The position numbers and the translations under genes are program-made. A stretch of 64,000 bases of DNA from Stegostoma tigrinum (Eukaryota): assembly GCF_030684315.1 (NCBI RefSeq), contig NC_081395.1, forward strand, positions 6,121,858 through 6,185,857. Reading direction: 5' to 3'. Of the stretch, positions 11,120 to 23,865 are shown in pieces. The notes below the pieces were generated by a model that saw only the letters and a program-made list of their open reading frames with translations, was not told the DNA's origin and did not search any database. The number at the start of each line of letters is the position of its first letter. The stretch's first letter is position 1.

Positions 11120-11338
11120 TAACATAACAAAGTGTGAGGCTGGATGAACACAGCAGGCCAAGCAGCATCTCAGGAGCACAAAAGCTGACGTTTCGGGGAC
11201 TAGACCCTTCATCGTAAGGGTCTGTGCCCGAAACGTCAGCTTTTGTGCTCCTGAGATGCTGCTCGGCCTGCTGTGTTCATCCAGCTCCACACTTTGTTAT
11301 CTCGGATTCTCCAGCATCTGCAGTTCCCATTATCTCTG
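11120..11338. mobile_element. Fold-back hammerhead-motif mini-element (family A) with 14-bp TSD
   Basis: Inverted arms around gacgtttcggggactagacccttcatc / agggtctgtgcccgaaacgtc; flanks gcctcaatcagatc (11106-11119) and gcctcaagcagatc (11339-11352). Confidence 0.85.
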
Positions 11339-11934
11339 GCCTCAAGCAGATCAACTTCTTTAATGCATTTAATGCATATTAGCCAGCCCTTGTAAATCCA
11401 CCGCCACATCTTGGGTACCAGTTGAGGGAATGTTTTTTTTCTGATTGAGAAGAGGCAGTCCCAAGCTAAACCGATCCAGTCTTAAACAAGTTAAAATAAG
11501 CGATAAACTTTTGGAACACAACTCTGATGAAACACAAAATCAACACTGGAATCCTCGACCTGCTCGATAAAGGCACCAAGTTAAAAAGTATAAACACTGG
11601 TTAGTCCCCAACTAAAGCGTCATATTCAATTCTGGGTTCCAAACTTCAGGAAGGATCTCAGGGCCTTGCAGAGGACGTAGAGGAGTTTTACTGGAATGGG
11701 ACCCAGAAAGAGGGACTTTGGTTCATGCGGGATTCTGGAGACGCTGGGACCATTCCTCATGGAGAAGGGAAGGTTCAGCGGGATATTGATTTGTGAAGTT
11801 CAAAATCAGGAAGATGTTTGGGTCGAATGAATGAGTGAGAAAAGCAGCAGGAGGATCCATCACCAGTGTAACACAGATTGAAGAGACTAAAGAAAAGGAC
11901 CCGAGGGGGAGATGAGAATGTTTTATTTGAGGCA

Positions 11935-12300
11935 GTGAGTGAATGAATGAAAGAATGATTTATTGTCAAACATGTCCACAGAGATAGAGGGAAAGGTACA
12001 CAATTAGGCACCATTTTGATGTAAAAAACAATGAAAGGAAAAGTACTGAAATTGAGTTCATTTTCATCGACTGGGGTCCCAAACACAGCTGCAGAACTAA
12101 TGCACGGTCCCTGTTCCAGGCACCGACACCACTGATGCCAAAAGTGTCCCACTCCAGGCCCAACGCAGCCAAGAGTCCTGCTTCACCATTACTACAGCAC
12201 CCTGCCACCATTCCAGGAGTTCGCACATCGGGCCTACAAGCCAGCACTCTCTGCTGACACTGTTCTGGCTAATTCTACTCCAGGGAAACATCTTCAAAGA
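11935..12300 (-). mobile_element. Non-autonomous element with Rex1-like 3' tail
   Basis: Minus strand ends ...acatgtttgacaataaa followed by (TCAT)n; similar tails at about 43800-43895(+), 45200-45506(+) and 3510-3553(+). Confidence 0.5.
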
Positions 12301-12317
12301 AAAGGGTTATTGAGTTG

Positions 12318-12552
12318 TTGGGGAAAATAGCTGTGGGGCTGAGTGGCTGTAATTGGACAAATCTGTCAAAGAGACAGGATAGCTAAGTGGTTCTTCTCAA
12401 AACTATATCTATTGTCTCTGGGGTTTAGGGTTCAGCCATCAATGTCAGACAGTCACTAATAAAAACAGTTGGGAATTTGGGAGAAACTTTCTCTCCCAGA
12501 CAATGGAGCGGTTAAGACAGATCAAGCTGAAATATTAAAGGGGGGAGGCTGC
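12318..12552 (+). repeat. 235-bp exact direct repeat, copy 1
   Basis: Identical by eye to 14438-14672 (offset 2120). Confidence 0.95.
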
Positions 12553-13369
12553 ATAAACACATGAGACTGGAAGGAATAGATTAGGGTGACCGGGGAAGTT
12601 GAAGAGGGCTGGGAGGAGGTTGATGTGAAGCAGTATTACCAACATGGAAGGTGGGTTTGGAAAGTGTTAAATTCCAAGGATGAGTTGCACAGACTGTGCT
12701 CACATTTCCTTGAGTGTGGAAGATTAGGGGGCCATAGAGTCGTACAGTCCCTTAAAGGGAAACAGACCCTTTTGCCCAAATCATCCATGCCAACCAGGTT
12801 TCCTAAACAGAACTAGTCCAGTTTGCCAGCATTTGTCCCATATCCCTCTAAACTTTTCCTGTTCATCCACCTGTGCAAATCTCTTTTAAATGTTGCACCC
12901 ACCTCTGTCACTTCCTTCTTCAATCGGATTAGCCAGTCAAGGTATCTAAGATGATTAAAGGACTCGACAGAGTTGATAGAAACTGTTTCCTCAAGTGGAA
13001 TAGAACCATCAAATTCAGACAAACATATGAATAAGGAAGAGTAGGCCATTCAGCCACTCGAGCACATTCTGTGATCCAGTAACATCACAGCTGAGCTGAT
13101 TATAACCTCAAATCTACGTTAACCCCTGCCCCCCCCATAACCTTTGTTTATTAAGCACCTATTTGCCTAGCTCTTAAAATTGTTCAAGGACTCTGCTTCC
13201 ACTACCTATTCAATGAAGGCCAAAGATGTGCAGGTTAGGTGGATTGGCCATGGGAAATGCAGGGTTACAGAGATAGGGTAGGGGGTTTGGGATGCTCTTC
13301 GGACATTCAGTGTGGACTCAAGGGCCAAATGGCCTGCTCCCACACTGGAGGGGTTCTATGATTCTATTC

Positions 13370-15900
13370 AGGCAATGAGTGCTAAAGAATTTCAATCCTC
13401 TGAGAGAAAGCAGGTTTAAATGTATGACTCCTGATCTTTTAAATAATAACTCTCAGTTCTAGATTCTCCCATAAGGGGAAACGTCCTCTCCACATCCATC
13501 CTGTCAAAACCCCTCAGGATCGTATATGTTTCAATCAATTGGCCCCTTACTCTTCTGAACTGCAGTAGATATTAGCCTAGCCAGTTCAACCTTTCCTCAT
13601 AAATGAACTTGCCCATTCCCGGTATTAGCCTAGTAAATGTCTGAAATGCCTCCAATGCATTTACATCCTTTATTTAAATAAGGGGACCGAAATTGTACAC
13701 GATATTCCAGACGTGGTCTCTCCGATGCTCTGTATAGGTGAAGCAAAACCTCCTTACTTTTGTTGTCTTTCTGAATTACTTGCTCTCCCTGGATACTTTT
13801 AAGATTCATGCACTGGACAGCCAGAATCCTCTGCACCTCACAGCATCCATCTTTGTTTCATGGGCAAATTTAGCATTGATACCTTTAATTTCTTTCTCCA
13901 AGTCATTTACATAAATTCTAAATAGTTGAAATCCCAGCAACACCACCTTGTGGCATGCCACTGTCTTATTTTGCCAATCTGAAAAAGACCATTAATGCAT
14001 AATATATTCTGCCTTCCAAACACTCCTTTCTCCATGCTAATATGTCACCCCAACACAGTGAACTTTGAATATTGTCAAAAACTTTTCATTTGGCACATTA
14101 TCAACTGCCTTCTGGAAATCCTCTTTATTCATAATGCATAATTTCTTTTCAAATAACTCCAATAGATTGGTTGAACATGATTCTCTTTCACAAAATCGTG
14201 CTGACTCTGCCTGATTATCTTCAATTTATCTAAGCACTCTGCTATACCTTTTGATTAGTAACTTTTAACATTTTCTCCACAGCAAATCTAACTGGCATGT
14301 GGTTTCCTGCTTTCCAATCTAATGGGAATTTTACAAATTAAAAGCAATGTGTGAACTGTCTCACAAGCCAATTTTTTTAAGCCCTTGGGTTGAAGTCCAT
14401 CAGGACCTGGGTACTTTTCGGTCTGTAGAGTAACAATTTGGGGAAAATAGCTGTGGGGCTGAGTGGCTGTAATTGGACAAATCTGTCAAAGAGACAGGAT
14501 AGCTAAGTGGTTCTTCTCAAAACTATATCTATTGTCTCTGGGGTTTAGGGTTCAGCCATCAATGTCAGACAGTCACTAATAAAAACAGTTGGGAATTTGG
14601 GAGAAACTTTCTCTCCCAGACAATGGAGCGGTTAAGACAGATCAAGCTGAAATATTAAAGGGGGGAGGCTGCTTCTCTGGTGATTGTGATTTCCCTGAGT
14701 TCCGTCCTTCATTTCATTTCCTGATTTTTAACTGCTTCAGAGATGTCACTGGTATCCTCTACAGTGAAGATCAATGTAAAATATCTGTGCAATTCATCTT
14801 CCAACTCCTTATTTTTCATTATTAATTTGGAGTGTTCTGCTCAGCCCTGGGCACCTTTATTTTAGGGAAGAACGGTAAAGCCTTGGAGGGAATGCAAAGG
14901 AGATTTACCAAAGTGATAATAAGAATGAGGGATTTTAGAACCAAAGAGAGAGTAGAGAGATTGGGTTTATTCTCCTTGGAGCATAGAAGATTAAGAGGTT
15001 GAGATGTTCAAAATTATGAACAATTTTGACAGGGTAAAGAAAGATATTCTGTTTCCACTATTTGGTATGTCAGTAAAGAGGGGTCACAATTTCAAGATTG
15101 TCAGTGAGATGAGGCAAAACACCTTTACTCAGAGTGTTGATAGGATTTGGAACAAGCTGCCTGAGATAGTGATGGAGGTGGATCCCATACCAAGCTTGAA
15201 AAGTGACCTGGATATATGTTTGAAAGTGGTACATTTAGAGCACTACGGAGATAGTGCTGGAGAATGGGACCAGCTGGGATCTCTTTTGGGAGCTGGTATA
15301 CGGGCAGCGAGTCAAATAGACTCCTCCATACTGTAAAATCCTGTGACTCTATAATTTTCCAGATTCACTTTTCACAGGAACAGTGCTCACTTTTTTAACT
15401 CGTTCCCTTTTAAAATATTTATGGAAACTCTTACCATCTCTCTTTATGTTTCTAGCCAGCTTTCCCTCTTGCTGTAATTTGTCTCTCCTTGCTAATCTTT
15501 GCAATCTTTTATGTTCTAATTTTTTAATACCACTTGTCAACACACAATGTTATTTTTATAATATTTACATCCTGTTTTTCACATTGATAATTGGTAACAT
15601 TGAGTAGTGAGTCCATCCCTTGGAATTTTTTATACTCTTTGAATGTATCTATTCTGTGTATTCTGAAATATCCGCTTAAACGCGTCTCTTATTGACCCAT
15701 CCTTTAACACACTTTGCCAAATGACTTTAGCCAGTGCCGCTTTCGCACCCTCATAATTCCCCTCATTTAAATTTGTTTAAAAAATGATGCTGAGGGACCC
15801 AGCCCCCTCTCCATCATATGGAATCTAAAATTCAGTCATATAATGATTGCTGATACCTGGAGATGCTTTTCCTGTGAGATCATTAATTCTGTTGACTCAG
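13370..15900 (-). mobile_element. Old fragmented CR1 LINE (minus) with nested plus-strand CR1 3' piece at about 14826-15345
   Basis: RPRLEYRVQFRSPY (13630..13836 -) and KLARNIKRDGKSFHKYFKRER (15349..15543 -); plus-strand MFKIMNNFDRV...IWNKLP (15004..15336). Confidence 0.75.
14438..14672 (+). repeat. 235-bp exact direct repeat, copy 2 (inside old CR1)
   Basis: Identical to 12318-12552. Confidence 0.95.
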
Positions 15901-16289
15901 GTTTGATGAGGCAATTCTTCACATAAAGGGGATAGGAGATCTGGAACTGCCATTTTGTTCTCTCTCTTTCTTTCTCTTCCCCCTCTCCCGTTTCTCCTCC
16001 TGCACTCTTTCTCCGTATGTATAAAATGTAGATGTATACCCAGATTGTCAACAAGCCCTGCGCATTACTTACAGGTGACAAAACTGGGAATCAATAGATT
16101 TTGTTTGGTAAAGAGGAATTAAGAGTTAAGGGACCAAGGAGGGAGTAAATGGAGTTGCAAAGAGATCAGCTTTGGTTAAATGAATAGTGGGACAGTCTCA
16201 AGCGGCTGAATGACCTCCTGGTTCCTATGCAATGTAAATGTTGGTTATTGGTGTTAATGTGACTGTCCCATTTATGGGGCACCATGCCC

Positions 16290-17312
16290 TCGGAGGGTCA
16301 GTGCTAAGGGGGCGCCATGTTGTTGGAGGGTCACCACTGTGAGGCAGTGCCAAACCATCAGAGGGCCAGTGCTGCGAGGGGGTGCCGTGCTGCTGGAGGG
16401 TCAGTGCTGTGAGGGGGTGCCGCACTGTCAGAGGGTCAGTGCTGTGAGAAGGTGCCATGCTGTCGGTGGGTCAGTGCTGTCAGGAGGTGCCAAGCCATCA
16501 GAGGTTCAGTGCCGAGGGGGTGCCATGTTGTCGGAGGGTCAGTGCCAAGGGGGTGCCGTGACGTCGGAGGGTCAGTGACGAGGGGGTGCCGTGACGTCGG
16601 AGGACAATGCCGAGGGGGTGCCGCCACGTCGGTGGGTCAGTGCCAAGGGAGTGCCGTGACGTCGGAGGGTCAGTGCCGAGGGGGTGCCGTGACGTCAGAG
16701 GGTCAGTGCTGAGGGGGTGCCGTGACGACGGAGGTCCAGTGCTGAGGGGGTGCCGTGACGACGGAGGTCCAGTGCTGAGGGGGTGCCGTGACGATGGAGG
16801 TCCAGTGCCGAGGGGGTGCCGTGACGTCGGAGGGTCAATGCCGAGGGGGTGCCGTGAGGTGGGAGGGTCAGTGCTGAGGGGGTGCCGTGACGTTGGAGGG
16901 TCAATGCCAAGGGGGTGCTGTGTTGTCAGGGAGTCAATGCCAAGGGGCGCCGTGCCGTCGGAGCTTCAGTGCCGAGGGGGTGCCGTGCCGTCGGAGGTTC
17001 AGTGCTGAGGGGGTGCCGTGACGTTGGAGGGTCAGTCCCGAGGGGGTGCCGTGCCGTCGGAGGTTCAGTGCTGAGGGGGTGCCGTGACGTTGGAGGGTCA
17101 GTCCCGAGGGGGTGCTGTGCCGTCGGAGGGTCAGTGCTGAGGGGGTGCCGTGAGGTGGGAGGGTCAGTGCCGAGGGGGTGCCGTGAGGTGGGAGGGTCAG
17201 TGCTGACGGGGTGCCGTGAGGTGGGAGGGTCAGTGCCGAGGGGGTGCCTTGACGTCGGAGGGTCAGTGCTGACAGGGTGCCGTGAGGTTGGAGGGTCAAT
17301 GCTGAGGGAGCA
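16290..17312. repeat. 33-bp CpG-rich minisatellite
   Basis: About 31 copies of gagggtcagtgc(t/c)gagggggtgccgtgacgtcg; a similar unit starts again at 63965-64000. Confidence 0.95.
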
Positions 17313-17498
17313 GGCACTCTCTTTTCTCCAAGGACCATCCAGATTTGGTAAATATGGAAGCTGCCTTCATGTCAGTCCAGTGTCACTGAATGATCCTTCT
17401 CCACTCTCTTTTCTGTTCCAGGATGAGCAAGGCCTGAGGCTCCCTGTGAGTCTGAGACAATCCCTGATCCCCCTACCCCCAACACACAGTTCACCCCG

Positions 17499-19106
17499 AT
17501 GGAATTCCCAGACCACGGTCGTGTGCTGCTGCAGAGCCTGCGGGACCAGAGGCACCAGGGTTTTCTGTGTGATTGCACAGTGCTGGTGGGGGCAGTGCAG
17601 TTCCAGGCCCACCGAGCTGTGCTGGCCTCCTTTAGCACCTACTTCCACATGTTCTACAAGGAGGAGGCGGCGGCAGTGACAGCAGGCCGCCGGGACGTGG
17701 TCGGCCTGGATGACGAGATAGTCACGGCACCGGCCTTCTCGTTGCTGCTCGAGTTCATGTACGAGGGCCGGCTCCGCTTCAGCGGCGCTCCCACCGAAGA
17801 CGTCCTGGCTGCCGCCAGCTTCTTGCACATGAACGACATCGTCAAGGTGTGCAAGGGCCGCCTGAAGGCCCGGGCCCTGGCTGAGGCCGACAGCACCCGC
17901 AAAGAGGACGAGGCCCAGCAGCAACCGCCACCAGGTGCAGGAGGCGGCCTCGGAACTTTGGGCCTGTCCGCCTCCTACCAGGGGGTTGTGCCTCCTCCTC
18001 CAGCACCTCCCCCACAAGCACTGCCTCGGAGGCAGCTCCCACTGCCAACGGAGCTGCCATATGCCTCAGGGCGCCCGGAGGGTGAGCAGAACGGGGCTGG
18101 GGCCTCCCTCCTGCTGTTGCAGCCTGAGGCCCCGGCTTCAGGCCCTGGCCGCTGGCCACCCGAGCCAGCAGACACTACCACCAGCCAGGCTGGCATGGAA
18201 ACGGAGGCCTACCCCAGCAGGCCAGCTGGCAATGTCCTGGCTAGCCCCTCGTCCTCGACGGCTGAGGCCTCGGGCCCTCGCTGGGCCGGGGTGTCGGGCG
18301 AGAGGAGTGGCCGGAGGAGGAAGCCCCACGAGGAGGAGGACGAGGAGGCAGCCAGGGACGGAGACACGGAGGAGGACGGCGATCTGATCACTGTCAAGGT
18401 GGAGGATGACCTGTTCTCGGAGGAGGAGGGCGGTGAGGAGCCACCCGAAGGCGAGGCTGAGGAGGTGGAGACAGCAGCCTCCTGTTGCCCTCAGCTTGAT
18501 GAGCTCTTTCAGCAGCCGTCCCGAGGCTGCCCACCCACAGAGTTAGCCCAACCCCAGGCCCCAGCCTTGGCCTGCAGTGGAGGGGGCGGGGGCCACATTG
18601 TGATCTCGGATGAGGATGAGATGCCTTCAGAGGACGACGCGTTCCCGGCTCCCAGCCTCTACCACCAGCAGCACCGGGGCCTTCCCGCTCCTGCTCCACA
18701 GGCCTCTCCCGGAGACCTGGGAACTCCGGCCGCCCTGGGCCTTTCAGCCAAGCTGTACTTCCAGGACCTGCCGCCTGGGCCTGGAACGGGCCCAGCTGGC
18801 TCCGAGGATGAGCTGCCAACCTGTGGGGCTTGCGGCAAGACTTTCTCCTGCGCCTACAGCCTGAAGCGCCATGCCCTGGTGCACACCCGAGAGAGACCCC
18901 ACAGCTGCCGCTTCTGTCTTCGTCGCTACTCTCAGTCCGGGGACCTGTACCGCCATATGCGCAAGTACCATAACGCCCAGGTCTCATCCTCATCCCCTGG
19001 GCCAGGGCCTGGCCCTGGTCCTGGCCCCGGACCCAGCCCCGGACGACAGGACTCCAACGGGGGCTGGAAGTGGCTGGACAAGCCTCCTTCAGAACAGTGG
19101 AAATGA
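17499..19106 (+). CDS. ZBTB3: Zinc finger and BTB domain-containing protein, ZBTB3-like (ZBTB18/42/3 family), 535 aa, single coding exon
   Basis: N-terminal BTB MEFPDH...[12 protein letters not shown]...AHRAVLAS...LLLEFMYEG; VKVE SUMO-like motif; only two C2H2 fingers ([50 protein letters not shown]), as in ZBTB3, whereas ZBTB18/42 have four; acceptor ttttctgttccag at 17421. Confidence 0.88.
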   Translation: MEFPDHGRVLLQSLRDQRHQGFLCDCTVLVGAVQFQAHRAVLASFSTYFHMFYKEEAAAVTAGRRDVVGLDDEIVTAPAFSLLLEFMYEGRLRFSGAPTEDVLAAASFLHMNDIVKVCKGRLKARALAEADSTRKEDEAQQQPPPGAGGGLGTLGLSASYQGVVPPPPAPPPQALPRRQLPLPTELPYASGRPEGEQNGAGASLLLLQPEAPASGPGRWPPEPADTTTSQAGMETEAYPSRPAGNVLASPSSSTAEASGPRWAGVSGERSGRRRKPHEEEDEEAARDGDTEEDGDLITVKVEDDLFSEEEGGEEPPEGEAEEVETAASCCPQLDELFQQPSRGCPPTELAQPQAPALACSGGGGGHIVISDEDEMPSEDDAFPAPSLYHQQHRGLPAPAPQASPGDLGTPAALGLSAKLYFQDLPPGPGTGPAGSEDELPTCGACGKTFSCAYSLKRHALVHTRERPHSCRFCLRRYSQSGDLYRHMRKYHNAQVSSSSPGPGPGPGPGPGPSPGRQDSNGGWKWLDKPPSEQWK

Positions 19107-19476
19107 AATCCATCCCCATTCCCCGACCTCTCCTCCATCCTCAACTCTTCCCCCCCTCCCCCTGCTTCCATCCTCAACTGAACTCTTTTCCCCCTTCTTC
19201 TATCCTCAACTCAATTCTTTCCTCCCCTTTTCCATCTTCAACTCAACTCTTCTTTCATCATCTATTCTCAACTCTTCCCCCTCTTCTATCTTCAACTCTT
19301 CCCCCCGTTTCCCCCACTCTTCCCTCTCCTGCCTTCTCAACTCTTACCCCACCACCAACTCTTTCTCCGCACTCCCACTTTGTGTCCTGAAGTGACAGTG
19401 GACAGTTTTCGATGCTACAAGAGTTCTAACATTTGGAGGGGAAAAAAAACACAAAATTGCAACAAAAAGTCTTTTA

Positions 19477-19502
19477 ATATATACATATATATATATATAT
19501 AT
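19477..19502. repeat. (AT)n microsatellite in probable ZBTB3 3' UTR
   Basis: atatatacatatatatatatatatat. Confidence 0.85.
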
Positions 19503-21139
19503 CCACACCAGCCATCCTGTAAAATGACTTTAAATTCGGTCCCAGGAGCAGTTGAGTAAAAGCTGTACATTTGAGGAATGGGTCTTTGTTTCCAATTAAT
19601 TTCTTTGTTCGTACTCTCTCTGGGTCAAATGGGTGATGATTTAACAGCATTTAGTTTGTTACATATATTAAAACAATCATCGATTTGCTCGACGCAATCA
19701 CCTCACTGCTGTGTAATAATGCTGTTGACCATTCTTGTGATGGTAATTTCTAAATGTAAATGTGTCACAGTGTGGAGCACCCGCAGAGCAGGAAGGGGTA
19801 GATGTGTTCACAGGGACAGTTTTGAAGTAGGAGGGATGTCTTTGTTAGGTCTGTAGGTCCTGTTCATAGACCCATTTAGTTTGGTCTCACCGTGCACAGT
19901 GACATGGGATTTGTTTTACAGTCAAATAGTTTAGCAGCTTAGGAAAGAGACTCATCATTTCTGTGCAGTCAATAAGCACTTATCTTGTCTCATTTTCCAG
20001 CATTTGACCTGTAGCCTTGTTGTTATTTTCTGATAAACCTGTTCAGAGATGTTATGACACCAATCTGTGAGTAAGTGGGACTCATATTCGGGTCTCCTGT
20101 CTCAGTGGTAAGGACAGTGCTGCACAAGAGCCCCCCTCATGTAGCCTTTTATGCTATGAATATCCAAGTGATCATCTGAATACTTAGATGTCTTGATGTT
20201 CCCCAACTGTACCTCCTTTCTCGGCAGTAAGTTCCAGATACCCATCACCCTCTGGGTGAAAGAAAATGCTGCCTTAAATCCCTTCTAAACCCTCCTGCTC
20301 TGTACCTTAAATCTATGCCCCCACTAAGATGGATCTTTCTCTCCTTATGCTTCTCAATTTTATGCTCCTCAGCCTTCACTGCTCTAAGGAAAACAACTCA
20401 TGCCCATCCTGTCTTCATTGCTGAAACACCCTAGCCCAGGCAACTCCCTGGAGATTCTGCACTCCCTCAAGTGTAATTGCATCCTTCCTATAAAACGTAA
20501 GAAATTCGAGCAGGAGTAGGCCATCTGGCCTTTTGAGCCCACTCCACCATTCAATAAGATCATGTTTGATCTTTCTGTGGACTCGGCTCCACTAACCCAC
20601 CTGCTCACCCTAACCTTTAATTCTTTTAGTGAGGCAACCAGAACTGAACACAGTAATCCAGCTGTGGCCTAACTACTGCAATGTAATACAAGTATCCCAT
20701 ATGCCTTTGGAATATTTATTTGTTTATGTTCCTGATCTTGTAAACAGAGGACAATGCTACATTCTGGTAAACTGTGCCAGGGTGAGGACATTCCCAGTTC
20801 TGGAGTTGCTATTTGCTGATCCAGTTGGCTTTCCACCCATTTTTATTTGGCCTTTGACTTCTCCATAAGACATAAGAGCTGAAGTGGGACTAATTCAGCC
20901 CATTGACTCTTCTCTCTCATTTAATGAGATCATGGCTGATCTGATCATCTTCAACTCCTTCCCCATAACTCTCAATCTTTTACCAATTAAAAATCTGTCT
21001 TTCTTAGCATACTTAGTTACCAAACCTCAAACCTCTACAGTTAAGAATTCCACTGTCACTAGCCTCCAAGAAGAAATTCCTCCTCATCTCTGTCTTAAAA
21101 TAGGTGACCTCCTTACTCTGATGTGGAGGTGACTGTCAG

Positions 21140-21232
21140 ACAAAATCAGAAGTCACATGATTCCAGGTTATAGTCCAACAGGTTTATTTGGAATCACAAG
21201 CTTTCGGAGTGCTGCTTCTTCGTGAGGTGAAG
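21140..21232 (-). mobile_element. Penelope-type end fragment with degenerate hammerhead motif (GAAAGCUU type)
   Basis: Minus strand reads tcacctcacgaagaagcagcactccgaaagcttgtgattccaaataaacctgttggactataacctgg. Confidence 0.55.
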
Positions 21233-21264
21233 TCAGAGATTATATCTTCTGGTTCAAGTCCCTT

Positions 21265-21583
21265 AAGAATCATACAATCCCAACAGTATGGAAACAGGCC
21301 ATTTTGCCCCATTGAGCCCACAACAACCCTGCAAAAAGCATTCCACCCAGACTTACTCCCCTACCCTATTTCTGTAATCCTGCATTTCCCATAGCTAGCC
21401 TGCACATTTGTGGACACCACGGGCAGGTTAGTACAGCCAATCCATCTAACATGCACATCTTTGGACTGTGGGAGAGAACTGGAGCAAGCCCTTGCAGACA
21501 TGGGGAAGAGTGTGCAAACCCTAGACAGTTGCCCCAGGATGGAATCAAACCTAGGTCCCTGGCGCTGTGAGGCACCGTGCTGC
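21265..21583 (-). mobile_element. HE1-like tRNA-derived SINE
   Basis: Minus strand starts gggcagcacggtgcctcacagcgccagggacctaggtttgattcc; homologous to 39178-39497. Confidence 0.8.
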
Positions 21584-23865
21584 CCTTAAAATAGGGGCCA
21601 TCTGAATATGAACCAGGGGACCTCTTGATCTGCAGTCAAATGTTTTATCATTGAGTTGTACCCCCAAGACTGTAGTATGTTTCAATAAAGTTGCCTTTCA
21701 TTCTTGTATATTCCAATGAGTGCAGGCACAAACTTTTTCAACTTCTCATAAGACAGTCTCTCCATACCCTGAATGAAGCTGATGAATTGTCTCTGACTGC
21801 TTCCCATGCCAGTATATCTTTCCTTAGATAAGGGACTCAAAACTGTTCAGTTTTTCATCTATAGTCTGACCAGTGCCTTGTATAGTTTTAGCAAAAACTT
21901 CCCTACTCTTACGCTCCACTCCTTTTCAAAACACAGTCAACATTCTATTTACCTTTCCTGAAATTGAGTGGTAGTTTTTTTTGTGACTCATGGACAAGGA
22001 CTCCCAATCCCTCTCCCATAGGTTTCTGTAGTCTTTCCCCATTTAAGTAATATTCTGTGATAATCCACTATTTCAAAATATTCAGGTGCTAAACTCAGCA
22101 TCAATGGGCCCTAGGAGGCTACAAGAGTCCTACAATTGGAGAAAATTATAACAAACTGGTTAAAAAATCTTCAAAATATGAAATTACAAAAGTCCTAATG
22201 ACAAAGGAAACTCTTAAAGTATTATTTTTGGAAGGTGATCCATCCCCTAGTGTCCATAGGCTGTGGACCCCCCACCCCCACCCCACCCCACCCCGAGCAG
22301 GGACACAACTATGGAGAGTTCTAGCATTGTACTGTTATTTTAAATAAACACAATTAGGGCAAACACCCCATCAGGGGTTTGAAAATAAAAATCAAATTCT
22401 ATAGGAATTTTTCAACTAGTCAGGTTTGGAGCTGGCATTAAACTGGGTCAGAGAAACCTCAGCAACCAAGGCAGTCATTCTACCCATTGTGCTCTGCAGA
22501 GTCTTTGAAAGAGCCATCTAGTTATTCCTGGTCCCCAATGTAAGACCATCAACCTGAAATGTTAATGTAGTGTTTCTGTACAGTTGCTGCCTAATATGGG
22601 TTTTTCCTTGTGCCCCAGCCCTCTGCAAAGGCATTTCAAGTATTCACCCCCCGCTCCCAAACTTGTGAAAGTTCCTGGCGAACTTACTTCCACAAGCCTT
22701 TCGGCTACACATTCCAAATCGCAATGTAATGATCCTCATCTCCACTAATTCTCTTCAATCTTTCTCCTCCTGGTGACTGACCCTTGTGCCACCAGGACCA
22801 GTTTCTCCCTTGTCCACCTGACGTCCCTTCCTGATTTTACCAACAACTCAATTCAATCCTCCCACAAACTTCCTTTACTCAAGAGGAAAGCGTTCCCAAC
22901 TCCTCACATTCGGAACAAGAACAACAATATCCTCAAATTGTGTGACAGCTGGCAAGAAGTTTTCACCCAAAGACTGAGCCGATCCAAAATGGACAGGTGA
23001 CAGGCACAGTGCAATGTGTGGAGGGGCCAGCGTTGTAAACAAAGGAGGCAGTCATTGACCACTCAGATAAGATTGCAAGACATTTCAAAATTTAATTGGG
23101 AATGGGGCAGGGCTTTAACTTTACAAAGGTGAGTGCAACAATTTGGGTTGGTGGGAAAGGAATGGACGATGTGGCCTCACCGCACACTCCCCTCTAGCTC
23201 ATCCATCTCCAAGTGTGTCTCTTATCTTTGATGTTGCGGCAATCCTCATCTTTCTGAAATTTGCTAAATCGGCACTTTGAACAAGAATAAGTTTGAAATG
23301 CAACTCCTCTTTGCAAAAAGACTGAGGACACCCAGACTCTCTAATTGTACTGTGTACATTTTGGTCTCCATAAGAATTGTTTGACTTGAATGGGAAGTTG
23401 TTTGGAGGTTTCCTCGGGTGGACGGGCTGGTTTTGTGGAAAGAGGCTGGATAGATTCTTCCTCCCCTCTCTCTCCTTGCACACTTATCTCTGGCTTATCA
23501 AAGCCTCAAACCAGCTCAACAGATCCCAAATCAACCCAGAACTCTCTAGTTGCTTACCACTCCTATCCTGCAGTGAGGCTAGTGCTCACACAGATGGTTG
23601 TCGTGAATCCTCACAAAGTGAGTTCTATCAGGAAAGATGGTGTAAAGTTGCAGTTCAGAAAGGCTTTTGCTGCCCGGTGGTAGCGTCCTTACCTCTGAAC
23701 CAACAATCCAGAGTCCAAGCTGCACCTGCTCTAGATAACATCACCGAAACAGGCTGATTAGGAAATAGCTCCAATAACGAATCAGAACTTTAAAGCCCAG
23801 CTAAAGTGAAGATAGGTCTTGGAAAATCACTCCTGCAACATGTTTCAAAAAAATTTCAAGACAAC

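Noticed and set aside
11120-11338. Palindromes as DNA-transposon MITEs or pre-miRNAs
   Set aside because: Termini are asymmetric, the centre varies between copies, single-arm and tandem forms exist, and TSDs are about 14 bp; this fits Penelope-type retrotransposition better. No small-RNA evidence is available.
16339-17679. Cys/Gly/Arg-rich ORFs resembling keratin-associated proteins
   Set aside because: Products of the 33-bp minisatellite; the longest is out of frame with ZBTB3.
17499-19106. Calling the gene ZBTB18 or ZBTB42
   Set aside because: Only two C2H2 fingers with the ZBTB3-type [20 protein letters not shown]; ZBTB18/42 have four. A tree is still needed to confirm.
17367-19395. Antisense and alternative-frame ORFs over ZBTB3
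   Set aside because: Expected shadows of a GC-rich coding exon; no recognisable domains.
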